Below, piece after piece: positions 48,236-60,464 of a stretch of DNA of 64,000 bases. The stretch is from Hydrolagus affinis. Taxonomy: Eukaryota. Under the pieces are notes generated by a model, which had not been told where the DNA came from, searched no databases, and worked only from the letters and a program-made list of their open reading frames with translations. Location of the stretch: the NCBI GenBank assembly GCA_012026655.1, contig JAAILG010000892.1, positions 1-64,000 of the forward strand. The letters are read 5' to 3'. Every line of letters begins with the position of its first letter. Within the stretch, counting starts at the first letter, position 1. The position numbers and the translations under genes were made by a program.

Positions 48236-48649
48236 ATTTATCTCTACCAAATACAGGGGGCACTGAAGCCAATAGTAGCACTCCTACTGCTATACACTGT
48301 CTTTGTTTTTACGCTGAAGTTTGACTCCAGTAGAGTGCAACAATAGTGATCACAAGATGCAGCTCATGATGGACCTCACATGGTAAGCAGTATCACAGTG
48401 CTCTGGAGTTAGAAACCAATGTTAGCCTACTTTCATTTGAATCCTTGGACACGCCAAGTATGTTATTAATCCTCATATTTTCTGCTGAAATGCAATGATC
48501 ATCGCTGGCACGCTCAGCCAGTCTCGTCTCTGATATCAGTTTGTATTAATTTAGTAATGTACTATAAGTTATGTGAACATGGCAGAGCTTAATTCTGATG
48601 CAACAAAAAACCGCAAGCTCACCTTGTAAAAGCTTGCACTTCCCAGTTT

Positions 48650-48965
48650 GCAACAGAACCAAACCGAACGACAAAGGCCCAGGTTTGATTCCTGCCGTGA
48701 TCTGAGATAATCAATCTCAGCCCAGCAATGGTAATGAAACAGTGATTCCAATACTGGAGAAGAAAAAGTTGTCTGAATTCCTGTCTTCTAATATCTATCC
48801 AGTGTCTCCTCGCGCAGCTATTCGCGTGTGGTTGTTGGGTGTGGACAAGAACATGTATGCTTGTGTGCTCTAAAACACATTCCAGCGTGGAGGGCGCTAT
48901 ATAAATCCAAGATGTTGTTGTTGTACGGCTGTGATGCTCCCTCCCCCTTCCTCCACAGCTGAATA
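48650..48965 (+). mobile_element. AmnSINE2-like SINE with a nested short L2-type tail (~48859-48921)
   Basis: GGCCCAGGTTTGATTCC..ATCCAGTG..GGGTGTGGACAAGAACATGTA [..GGCGCTATATAAATCCAAGA(TGT)n] CGGCTGTGATGC. Confidence 0.6.
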
Positions 48966-48969
48966 TTAA

Positions 48970-49395
48970 TCATAATAATCCTTGTATTTGGTGGAGCACC
49001 TTATCATGTCAGAACAATGTCTCAAAGCGCTTCACAGGATACTATGAAATGAGGTGACTTTGTATTTGTCCCACAATATGCCACAAACAGCCATGAAACG
49101 AGTGGCCATTTTTATTTAGGGGTTTGTTGGCCCGGACACTGGGAGAAATTGGGAGAAACTCCCTTCTCTTTTCTGAATAGTGCCATGGGATCTTTAACGT
49201 CCACCTGAACAAGTAGATAGGACCTCAGTTTAAAGAACGATGGCATCCCTGACAATGCAACACACCCCTGCATTGGTGTGCACCCCCAGCGCTGCATTGG
49301 AGTGTCAGGTTAGACAATATGAGAGTTCAAGTCCCGACATGGGATTTGAGCCCAGAACCTTCTGTCTCAGAGGCGAGAGTGTACCACTGAGCTTA
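48970..49395 (-). mobile_element. Deu-domain SINE, near full length
   Basis: GAATAGTGCCATGGGATCTTTAACGTCCACCTGAACA..GGATTTGAGCCCAGAACCTTCTGTCTCAGAGGCGAGAGTGTACCACTGAGC. Confidence 0.9.
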
Positions 49396-49896
49396 ACGAA
49401 CAACCAAACTTTCCATTCTGGCTCAACTATCTAAGCCAGTTCAACAATCAAGAACTACAAAGGATAGCTAGATACACAGAGCCATATCCCAGCACAAGTC
49501 AGCTCTTCAAGAGAGGAGGAGGAGTAAAAATAAACAGTCCCAAAATATTCAAAACTATTTAAAAAAAACACGATGAGCTTTTGTGTTAAATGTTGCTTTT
49601 TATAAATGGTTTTAGATGAAATGCCAAGTTGGTCGATGAGTAACGGCAGGGGTGAGACCTATTAGCATGGTTAGTAGCGAACCACAGGCATGGATTTTCC
49701 ACAGATTCCCACTGAAATTGATAATTTGGGGGTTTATCTTTGGAGAATCATCATGATCCAAGCTTTCTGTGTGTGTTACAATATGATGTTCCAAGGATAG
49801 GATCTGAAATTAAAACAGCTAACCTCATTGATTGACATAATTACAGGCTTGTGGCCACAAAGATCACTGCCAAATACCATTGAATAAAAATGCATT

Positions 49897-50090
49897 GGGG
49901 GACTGGGCTGGCTCGGTGGGTTAGCGCACTAGTGCTTTCAGCCCTGGGAGCTGAGTGTTTTCATTATCCTTGTTTTAAGTCGTATTTGGAATACATTTGG
50001 GACAGTCTCAATCCTGTTCTTTGTGGGCATGGGCTCACCACATAGAACTATCCCAATCCAAAATTTGGCAATCTTGCTTGGGGAGATTAC
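49897..50090 (+). mobile_element. LF-SINE-like 5' part
   Basis: GGGGACTGGGCTGGCTCGGTGGGTTAG..CTTTCA head; CAGTCTCAATCCTGTTC..GTGGGCA; AATTTGGCAATCTTGCTTGG. Confidence 0.5.
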
Positions 50091-50342
50091 ACATTGGGAA
50101 ACATTCATTAGATAACCCTCAGTAAGTAGGAACCCGGCTGTTAGTCAATTAGTGGATTGCTTTCACAGGCTAATAAAATATTTTTTTAAAAGTACTAATT
50201 GGGTCACTCGAACCATTAAAAAGATGGAATTAAAATGAAAAGAAAATGAATTTAAAACATATGTATGTGTAAAACATCTTGTGAGATATTATTGTGATGA
50301 TCTCTCTTTTTTAGCTTCACTAAATGCAAATGTATATGTTAT

Positions 50343-50601
50343 GCCACACGCCTCTGTTTACCTAACATTAAATAAGCACCCAGTTGTTAGTCGATTGGTG
50401 AATCACTTTTCCAAGGATAATACTAATAATTTGGTCACTCAATCCACGACTGTTCCTGGGACACTGCTGTGCATAATTGGCTGCCGTGTTTCACTCACAC
50501 AATACTGTATACAATTCTCTTTACAGTTATTCTGTGAAGTACTTTGAGATGTTTTGAAGATGTGATAACGCTCTTTATCAAATTAAAGGAATATTATTAT
50601 T
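50343..50601 (+). mobile_element. long-form SINE lacking head
   Basis: CCACACGCCTCTGTTTACCTAAC..GTTAGTCGATTGGTGAATC..AATTGGCTGCCG..tail. Confidence 0.85.
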
Positions 50602-51204
50602 CTATTAGTGATACTGTGGAGATTAATCTTCAGAGATTGGGATTAATGAACATTGCCTGGGCAGAGTGGAGTTTTTATTTTGGTGATTCAAACTATATTT
50701 TTCTTGGAAGTATTTGACGGTATTGCACATTTTTAAAAATATGTTCCGTGTCTCGATGGAAGGAAAAAAATAAACCAGAGTTCCCGCTGCACGTTGTTCA
50801 GTCATCTCCCTGCTAGAAAGTGTCTGTGCATCAGAAGCCTGAAATTTCTTATGGTCTTAGCCTTAAGACTGTTCTTTTCATGTTTAAAATGGAAAAATTC
50901 TGAAATCAATCTTGTTTTGGTAGCTTTTAATACTGTTGCAAAACAGGCAGACAAATTCAATCTTGAAAGAGTTTTTAAATATATTTCACAATCTTACATT
51001 ATAAGTCAATGCAAAATGTCAACTTCAGGTGAGAATAGGATCAAATTTGGCAGTGATCCTCTATGATCGAAATATCCTGCCTACACTCACTGTCTCAACT
51101 CACACATACAGAATGGGCTTCAAGAAGAGGTACTCAATGGCAGCAAGAGTTTGTGCATGAGATCGAAACATCCCAGCATAAGTCAGTCATTTGACGAGAA
51201 GAAG

Positions 51205-51265
51205 AACAACAATATTACATTTGTAGAGTGTCTTTCACGTCGGGAGGACGTCTCAAGGCGCCGAA
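51205..51265 (-). mobile_element. ultra-short L2 tail insertion
   Basis: AACAACAATATTACATTTGTAGAGTGTCTTTCACGTCGGGAGGACGTCTCAAGGCGC, inside an AmnSINE2-like 3' end. Confidence 0.85.
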
Positions 51266-52924
51266 AAGGGAAAATTGACAAATAAATATACATGTCAGTG
51301 GTATGTGGAATATTTTGCTCTCAAAGCTAATTTGAAATCTAAAAGCTAGGAAGAAGTATACACTCTTTACCAATGGAAGCTATGTGTGTAAAACACTGCA
51401 TTCCCACATCAGCCAGCGAGCTGGTGCAAGAAACCAAGAGAAGAGTTAGAATTTTTAAAGGAAAGGACCTGCTCAAAAATTTTAAATAATTCTAAATTGT
51501 CAGAATTAGTGTGTTAGCGCTAGCTCTGAGTCAATTGAGGTGAGTTATGTTAATTACCTGACTTTCTTCTGCTCTACAATGTCATTACATTTCCAGCACG
51601 CTAACCAAGCCTGTCACAAGGATAACCTTTAACTCCTTACCATGTTACTGCTTTGTAGCAAAAGCCAAAGAGGTGTCTGTTCAGAGCAAAGTATTAAATT
51701 GGTGCGATGAATGTCAAGCCCAGCACTGAGTAACTTGATAATTAGAGTTGCCTTTCACAAGATCCACACTTCAAGCATGTTTATACAATGAATGCGCCAG
51801 TGTTTCCTGGCAGACTCTGGGAGGGAAATGGGAGGTGTGGTGGGGGGGCTTAGAGTTACGGGTTGCATTAGCTAGTGCAAAGGGTAATTCAGCAAAATTG
51901 GAGTTTAGAACAAATCGCTTTTGAACCACCTGACTTTAATATTGTGACTTTAACACCAGCTTCTGCTGTGCAGACTTTGTTGCTATTTCTTGTGGAGAAA
52001 TGTCCAAGTTGTTCTAACTCGCCAAGTTATTGATGGGTTCCTTCTGGTGACTCAATGGGTAAATGCTGAGTCTGGTAGGATACTGAACCTTCTGATCACA
52101 GAACTACTGGATTCTACCTTGGTTCATGCTGCTCAATTGGTCTCAGTCACTTAGGTTAGGCTGGGGTAAATTAATTCCCTCAAAGTGCTCCCCCCCTCCC
52201 CCCACCATACACACACAGATACACAAATAGCCTGCCAACGCTAAAAGGGATCTAAGTTATGTTAGTTGCTAAAAATAGCACTCTTTTCACTTGGGCTTTA
52301 CAATGGGGATTCGTGTTATGAAGACACAGCAGAAAGATTGCTAACTGTGTTAATGATTAGTGTAAAATGACCCCATAATCGTTACATAATTATAAATAAC
52401 AGTTACATAGTGGAAGAGGGTAACCAGAAGGTAACCAGATGGTTACCCATAGCACTGTAAGGAAAGGAGAAATTAAGAGGAATTTTTGGGGAAAAAGACA
52501 AGTTTGTATTCTCAGATGAGGGGATGAAATTGTGATTCCTCTAGGCTGCTTCCAATAGTATGAGAGTAGAAAGACAGCATGACAAGCACAGTGAATGTTA
52601 GTGGGTCTTATTCTTGACAAGTTCATTCTTCTGAATGTAAAAGCTGTATAAATGACAACTGGCTGCTCTTCCATGCAGAATAAGAGATGGCAATGATCAG
52701 CGGGGCTACAAGGAAAACCTGGCTGGTTCAAAGATGTTGGGTTATTTTTCTGAAGAAGAGTACGGAGAGCTATGCTCCATGTCTTACGCAAGCCTGACAA
52801 GCGAACGCTTGATAATTGTAGATTGAGAATTGGTCTGCATCTAACCCTTCCCAAGGAGCTTAATACAAAATAATAAAGATTGGAAACATTTTCAATTTCC
52901 CAACACTCTTCATTCCTCACAGTG

Positions 52925-53232
52925 AAAAGTGCAACTATTAAATTCTCTGTCACAAATCATGTTTGAGACAGATTCCATGTACTCTTTTAAAAGGAAATTA
53001 GATAGATGTTTGAAAAATAATAACTTGTTGATAATGACTTGGAGCAGTTCACAAGGAAGGGGTTTGGAGGCAGAGCAAGGGACAAGGGGGAAGCGGGAAG
53101 GTAGAGGTGATTGTAGACGAGGTCAAAGAGAGTAGTGAAGAGTGGGATTACATTAGGTGGCTCATGTGAAGAAAATCACCAGTTCAGTCTTGATAAACCA
53201 AATATCGTATTTCTGTTTTGTGACATTCTATG
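52925..53232 (+). mobile_element. CR1 3' relic
   Basis: ORF track LNSLSQ..ETDSMYSFKRKLDRCL (CR1 WNSLP..FKRKLD) and terminal ATTCTATGA. Confidence 0.7.
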
Positions 53233-55795
53233 AAACGCACTTTTGAGAAATCTGCAGTAAAGTGAGACTTAGATGGTTGCTTTAGGGTCAAGCCTAGTTA
53301 AGTTTTCAAGGCTTTGCTTGTGATTTGTTTATTCCGAGTAACAAAATGATGGGATTGTAAGTGGTCTTATTTTAGTTGCATTGCATACCCTTTGGACCTT
53401 GTGATAATTATGTACACAAACTCAGGGACCCTAAAACAGTTGTAAAGAACATTAACAAATCCTCATGGTAGGTTTCCAGTTACATCATTGAATAGAGCTA
53501 CACATGTAATGGGGGGTAGATAAATACCATTCAGACAGTTTGTTCTTCACTGATTCCCTACAGATAAACTGGTGAAATGTGAGGGGAGACATGGAATTGG
53601 AGATAGGTTCAAGCCAGGTTTGTTAGTTAAACGTACAGTGGCTTCTTTCAGATTATATTTTTACAGTTGTTGATGCATTACTAATAGATAGTTATTTTTG
53701 GCTACTGTCTATCAAATCTGTTTAATTAAAATGGAAATACACATTTACCCCAATACTTTTTGAGAGTATAATCAAGTGGATCGTGCAGTATTGACCACGT
53801 CCATATCACTGTTGGACTTGTTTACCAAAACGAGTTTCCTTTTAATCCCCTTGACTTGAGCATGCACGTAGATCTGACTTCAAAATTAGCCCATGAGACA
53901 GAGAATGAGAGAAAGAGAGAGAGTGAGTGAGTAAGTGATGGTTGATTGGTGCTGATTAAGTGAAACTAACCTGAAATTGACACGTATGTTGTTGAAACTG
54001 ACATCCAGATTGTTGTAAAAGGGATATTGCAGCTGACATTTCCACTCAGGGATATTTCCTATATTTGGGAAAATTTTGGTGCACCAGGCCAGCCGCATGT
54101 CCTTGTGTTTATAAATTCCCTGCAACTTATCCCAGGAAACCCCAATGCCGCATCTTCCAGCCATTTCTCATTTTGGTCTGTGAGTATTTTTAACCGTTTC
54201 AGCTACATCAGTTTCAAAGTATTCCTCTGGCCGCCCGGCCCGGGCCAAAGTCACCAGCTGCAAGGTTCGTACTTTGCAGGAAGACTCTCAAAGTACTTTC
54301 TAACAAGTCTCCAGGGCGTCCCGCATTTCCCCCCTGAATCCAGCGCTTTGAAAGACATCGCCACATAAGGACCTGTTTGAGGCGCAGAGCGCTGGTTGAC
54401 AGGGCCGTCTTTGCCTCCCGACAGATGGTGCGGTTCTTTATTTCAACAACCCACTAATCGCAGGAGGCCACAAACGCCTGGCCTGTGCACTCAGCCAACA
54501 TTCCTCATGGCAGCAACAGGTCAGGAATCAGGGGATCCTGTATCCATGCCCTACATAGCTCGCGTGCTAACTGACGAGCTGTTGAAATGCCAGCAATAAA
54601 GCTAAAGCGGCCGATGTGCCAAACCCTGAAGACTTTCCTCTTCCTCCCCCCCCCGCCCCCCCATCGTCTATACCACCTTCATAAATATGATACATTCAGC
54701 ACATTATTCTGGACCACTTGCACTTACTTACCCTTCTCTCTGGCACATGTTTGCCTCCTTCACAAGGACCCCAGGGCTCACATTGGCAATTTGCCCTGTG
54801 TGCTCTGAGGCAGATTAGTCACAGTTGGGTGTAAAGTTTTGACACTTTCAAAAACAATGTGCAAAAGGAAAATATAGAATTGAGGCAGCAATTCAGTGAA
54901 AATCTGTGTTTGAAGAGATTTGGGAACTGTCGATGCACGGCTTAGAATGAACTATGTCGACATTTCTGATCACATGATTTTATTTTTTGTATGAAGACAA
55001 AGTAGAAAATAATATTTTAGCCGACTGTCTAATGGCTCAGTTGGTAAGGCCACTGTTTAGTGTAAGACAAACCGATCTCTAGCCTGTGTTAGTTCGAAAC
55101 ATGATTTATATGTTCTGCTACCCGATTCCTCTTACTGAGGAAGTTAAGTACCCCCACAGACTTCCCATATAATAGCACTGAGTTTTATGAGACAGTTACC
55201 AGTGGCCTTTAGTACTTTGACTCAGTGCCAATTCTTCATTGTGAGTTCCAACAGGCGTCAGCAGTGTACGTAAGCAATCTATATGACCGTTAGGTTTATT
55301 GGAATCGAGTCTGGTTCTGTCCTCAATCTTGGTCTCTTTGACTTGGGTTCACAGTAGGCATTGGCCTTATCATAAGAGCCATCACGATTTGATGGCATCT
55401 TATTTGTTTAGATTTGTTATAGTTGATAATTTTTTCGATGGCCTATTTTGAATTCGCTGATCTCAGCTGGGAAAGCAGGTGGAAGATTGGAGATGATGGG
55501 GAGATTGATTTTCTTAAAATATCAGTGTGGAGTATTTGCAAAATTCTTGAAACAGTTATTTTGGAAGCCATAAGTTGGTTTTAAGAACCATACACAACAG
55601 TCATTAAAGTTAAGAATCAATTCAAAAAGTAGCCAAATTCTGGACATTCTGAAATGCTAAGAAAATAGAATAAATCTAGACCAACCCAAATGGAATTTCT
55701 CCCCATCGACTACTCAGCATCATTGGCTTCTGATCCGAACCAGTGATCCTGTTAGATTGTACAGACATGAAAGCAAGTCCAGATTTGTGATGTTA

Positions 55796-56400
55796 ACAAC
55801 AACAAAATTACATTTCTAGAGCGCCATTCACGTCGGGAGGACGTTCCAAGGTGCTGAACAGACCAGTCAGGACCTGAGCAAGGGGAAGGGGTAGGATGGG
55901 TACGAGGCGAGGGAGAGAGTTAGGAGAGGAGGGAGAGAGTTGGGAGGGCAGCGGAAGGCACTATTTAAGAGGGGGGTCTTGAGACCGGCGTTGAAGGAGG
56001 CAAGGGAGGAAGTAAGACGAAGGGAATGTGGAATGGAGTTCCAGAGTGTAGGGGCAGAGATGCTGAAAGCTGGGCCACCGATGGTAGGGCAGGTCGGGTG
56101 GTGGACATGGAGTAGACCGGAGCCCACTGAATAGAGGGTGCGGGCAGGTTCATAGGGGGACAGCAGGTCGGAGAGATAGGAGGGGGCAAGGCCATAAGTG
56201 GCCTTGAAAGTGAGAACAAGGATCTTGAATTCGATCCTCTGGGGGATGGGGAGCGAATGGAGCCAGGCGAGAGTGGGAGTGATGTGATCGCCGAGCTTGG
56301 TGCAGGAGAGGACACAAGCTGCACAGTTCTGGATGATCGGCAGTTTGTGAAGGAAAGAGTCGGGAAGGCCGACGAGGAGGGAGTTTCCATAGTCGAGCCA
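55796..56400 (-). mobile_element. 5'-truncated L2 LINE
   Basis: ORF 55867-56415: LDYGNSLLVGLP..IQNCAA..HITPTL..LPIPQRIEFKILVLTFKA..APTLWNSIP; (AAC)n tail. Confidence 0.95.
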
Positions 56401-56780
56401 ATCAGTACTTAACACTTAACAGTATTTCCCGTACCCAGAGGGCAATGTGCAGGAATTAACGTCAGTGATGATCTGACGACCCACAAGTCAGCCATTTATA
56501 TCATTCATACAATCGGTAAAATCTGTTTTTGTTAATAGAAATGTATCTGCATTGGACTGGAATGGAACATAAAATTGACCCAATATGAATATTTATCGAT
56601 TTGTTAGTGATTGCAGTCGAGCTTGCACATCAAGATTAGCAACTTGTGCAAATGTTGAGGCTTCTAATGATGGTTCTTTTGGAAATGTACCTTAATGCGA
56701 GCCCCAGGAGAGCAAAGGTTTGACTGGAATTGAGGTGTGCTTTTCAAGTAACAGGAAGCAAATGTGTAATGCCCCTAAAG

Positions 56781-57005
56781 CAGTGGTTTCCAAACTGTGG
56801 GGCGTGCCTCCCTTGGGGGGGCGTTACCATTGGCTGGGGGGACACGGAGCTTTAGAGTGTCGAGCCCCCGAGTGTGTGTGGAGCCGAGGAACAGGGTCTG
56901 TGGAGCCGATTGTGAAGGTGCGGGGGGAGCGGGGGGGATGAAAGTCCACAACAAAATCGTTGCTGGCTTAGGGAGGTGCCGCTATTCAAAGTTTGGAAGC
57001 CACTG
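56781..57005. mobile_element. 225-bp hAT-Charlie-type MITE
   Basis: 16-bp TIRs CAGTGGTTTCCAAACT / AGTTTGGAAGCCACTG (15/16); 8-bp TSD CCCTAAAG (56773-56780) / CCCTAATG (57006-57013). Confidence 0.9.
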
Positions 57006-58154
57006 CCCTAATGGATGAGGCATTGCAGCCAACCAATAATAACAATACTATGTGTAAAATCAGACATTTGTTATCCTGAAGGAGTTTTAATCACATTTTG
57101 TTCTCTTCTCAGGTTCTTTTTGAAATTCTTTCTGAAATGCAATCAAAACTGCCTGAAGAATGCAGGAAACCCAAGGGACATGCGAAGATTCCAGGTGAGC
57201 AAAGCCTCCTTTTCTTATCTCTGCAGCCATTTCCTCTGCACAACAACAACTCTCTTTGAGCAGTGTACAGCGAGTAGAGAGAGATGTAATGGATGGCTTA
57301 GAATCCGGCTTCGCTTGAATCTTTTCCCACAAAGGAGAAGCAAATGAAAGGTCTGCCTTCGCAATGTTAAGAGCCATTTTCCAATAGTTTGCCTATGAAA
57401 AAATGAATGCTTTCAGCTTGATGTGCTGACAGTTCCAGGCTGGCTAAGCAGGCCGTATGGCCAATTGACATCCAGAACTGAGTTTGAAGCTGCTTCTCAC
57501 ATTGGCATATCAATGATGTAGTTAAAAAGTCCCCGACACTTCACAGTGACTCTTCTCAGGTTGCACTGCACGTGCCAGATGGAGTGGTTTTATGGTGACA
57601 TCTGCACTGCATGTTAGTACATTAATGAATGGGAAATTGCTCTCTGCGTCACTCACCTTATGTCTGCCACTTGTCCTCAGGCTTATACCTTGTCCTTAGC
57701 TGTCCGTCTACGAGTTGGTGTAAACCTTGCATCTATCAACTTTTTTTAAACCGAGTCCTTGTGGTTGCATTTAGCTCACAATGATGACTTGCTGACCGCA
57801 AAATTGCTACATTTTGGTGAATCAAATGTTTTGATCTTATTTTTACATTGTCAGCCTACTTTTCTTCTAATGCCACCATCCGACCATCTTTGGCTGAGCC
57901 AGAAAATCTCAGGCCCTTGAACTGCTCAATGCTGCTCTGTGCGTTTGTCTAAGCAGGAGGTGGGTTGGAAAGATGTGAGCCTTTGTGTTTCCTGCCCTGA
58001 GACAGAAAGTCTCCTTTCAGTGTGGGTGTGTGTGTGCAAGTGTCTAGTGGCTGGCCAAGTATTGGCAAGGCTCACACGAAGGATTTCTTTGATGTTTTTT
58101 TTAAGACAGAACAATAGCAAACAATTGTCATTTTATGCATCAAAGGCTTCTTTT

Positions 58155-58460
58155 GTGGGGAATCATCGTACTGATTTACAGTGCCGAATCACTGTGCTGA
58201 TTTACACTGACAATAATAAATCTCACTGAATTTCACTAGTGAGTCAGTACGTTGAAATACACTGGATTTTGAAGCTGAGTGATGCTGGGAGCAATTTTCC
58301 ATTCATTAATGTACTAATGTGCAATGCAGAAGTCGCCGAATCACTGTGCTGAATTACAACAAACCTTGCACTCACATACACTGGTGAACCTTGCAATGAA
58401 TTACACTGGTGAATCACTATTGTGAATCACTGACCTTAATTTCAATGTGGAATCACCACA
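58155..58460. repeat. degenerate 25-26-bp minisatellite
   Basis: Units like GAATCACTGTGCTGAWTTACACTG at 58160, 58186, 58338; AACCTTGCA..TACACTGGTG twice at 58362-58411. Confidence 0.7.
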
Positions 58461-58894
58461 AGAATACAGCACACGGACAGCTCTTCCCGCAATATTTGCT
58501 TGAAGTTTAGTGCAATCTTATGTTGCATACATGTGTACAACATGATTGATAGAGTTTGATTTACCCCGCATCTCCCCACCTCCCCAGGACCACTTCACCT
58601 GAGCTGCCAATCGGAACATCAGTGCAGGAGACAGGTTAATAGAGTCTTTGCCTCCGAGCAGTTAGTTAAAGAGAGGATTGGTGGAGTCTCAACATAAGTC
58701 ATCTGTTTGTCCTTTAGGCAGCAGTTGTGATATCAGTGGACCAAAGGACATACTAATATTGAAAAAGCTAAAATAACCAGAACAATAGTCACATTTAAAG
58801 ACATCTCTCTCGCAGAACCCTTTGCTAAAACATTTAACAAGCTCACTGGTGTCCAGTGAGGAAAGAGGAGACTTCAGGGATTTAAAATAATGGC

Positions 58895-59060
58895 TGGCCT
58901 TTGCTCAGTTGGTTGCATTTGTGCCTCTGAGGCAGAGGATCATGGATTCAAACGTTACACAAGGGCTTGAGATGTTGACATAGGCTGATACTCTTGTGTA
59001 GTATTGAAGGAATTGTTGGAGGAGCTATCCTTCAGATGAGACACTAAAAAATGAAGTTGT
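58895..59060 (+). mobile_element. Deu-type SINE 5' part
   Basis: GCTCAGTTGGTTGCA..GCCTCTGAG..GGATTCAAAC..TAGGCTGATACT..CCTTCAGATGAGACA. Confidence 0.65.
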
Positions 59061-59089
59061 GGTTCTGTTGTATATTTATCTTAAATAAT

Positions 59090-60464
59090 GGCACTGGTCA
59101 TTGTCACAAGCTACATCCTGTCCATCTGTGACCAGGGCTCCCTCTGCTTCCTTGTTCTCCTCAACCTCTCTTAGATACTGTGGACTACTCAATCCTCCTC
59201 AACTGCCTCTCCTCTCACCTCAACCTTCAAGGTTCTGCCCTTATCTCTCACACTGTCTCCGATTTTCCTCCACTAACAGATTATCTTCCAGCCTCCGCTC
59301 CATCTTGTGCGTTGTTCCTCAGGACTCAGTCCTCGGTCCCCTCCTCTTCAACCTCTCCATGCTCCTTCTTGGTAACATATTCTGCAGATATGGGGTGAAT
59401 TTCCACATGTTCATGGTGACCCCCTATTCTATCACTCTGGCTCCACCCTTGATTCCAGGACAACTGGCGTCCTGATAGACATCAAGTCCTGGATGAGAAA
59501 CAACTTCCTACAACTGAATGTCATCAAGGCTGAGGCCCTCTTGATTGGCTCGTGCCAGCATCTCCGCACCTCAGGCATTGGCAGCATCAGCATCCACGGA
59601 TGCACACTCCACCTCACCAAGCCAGTTGGGAACCTGAGCATTTTGTTCAACCCTGAACTGTTCTTTCTCCCCCATATCTGTGTCACGAGCAGCTCTGCTT
59701 TCCACCACCTCAGCAACATTGCCCGACTCCGCCACTCCCTCATCCCTCAGGCCACCACAATCCTCATACATGCACTTCTCACCTCAAGGCTGGACTACGG
59801 AAATGCCCTCCTTGTTGGCCTCCCCAACTCTTCCCTTCACAAGCTGCAGATCATCCAAAACACTGCAGCTCATGCCCTTTCCTGCACATCATGCTCCATG
59901 ACCCCATCAACCTCACCTTGGCCGGCTCCACAGGCTCCCCATCACTTAGAGCAGAGAGAGGCAACCTTTTACCAATGGTGGGCCAGACCTTTACAGGCTG
60001 TGGGCCAGAACAATAACCGATTATTTTAAGCCGCCACCTCACCAGTCACTCCAGGGCTGAGGATAGAGTTCAAAATCCTCCTCCTCAACTTTGAAGGCCT
60101 TCCTACCTCTCTCACCTGCTGACCCCTGATCAACTCAACTGCCTCCATTCAACAGGCTCTGTCCTGCTCTTTGTTTCACCCAACCTGCCCTACCATCGGT
60201 GGCCGGGCGTTCAGCCTCTCTGCCGCCACCCTTTGGAACTTCAAACCACAATCCCTTTGCCTTGCTTTCTCCCTTGCCTCCTACAAGGCCCGACTCAAGA
60301 CCCTCCTGTTCGACTAAGCCTTCAGTCATCCTCCTACCTCTCTACCCCCCCTCATCCCAACCCTGCACCCACCCCCATCTCCCCCATGCTCAGGTTCTGA
60401 TCCCTGACTGATCTGCACCTTGGGACATCCTGCCCACGTGTATGTAATTTTGTTGTTTGTTGTT
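59090..60464 (+). mobile_element. decayed L2 LINE with RT domain
   Basis: VPQDSVLGPLLF (RT motif VPQGSVLGPLLF), WMRNNFLQLN..K.E, LIHALLTSRLDYGNALLVGLP..LQIIQNTAA; frameshifts; (TTG)n tail. Confidence 0.95.
59952..60058 (+). mobile_element. hAT-Charlie (MER58-like) fragment inserted in L2
   Basis: CAGAGAGAGGCAACCTTTT..GGGCCAGA..AGGCTGTGGGCCA after ACTTAGAG interrupts the L2 'LPIT|RIEFKIL' motif; no right TIR seen. Confidence 0.55.

Noticed and set aside
58155-58460. CRISPR array
   Set aside because: Vertebrate context, no regularly spaced identical repeats with unique spacers, no cas genes
58465-58484. RE1/REST-like site TACAGCACACGGACAGCTCT
   Set aside because: Half-site spacing is one nt shorter than canonical and the left half is mismatched
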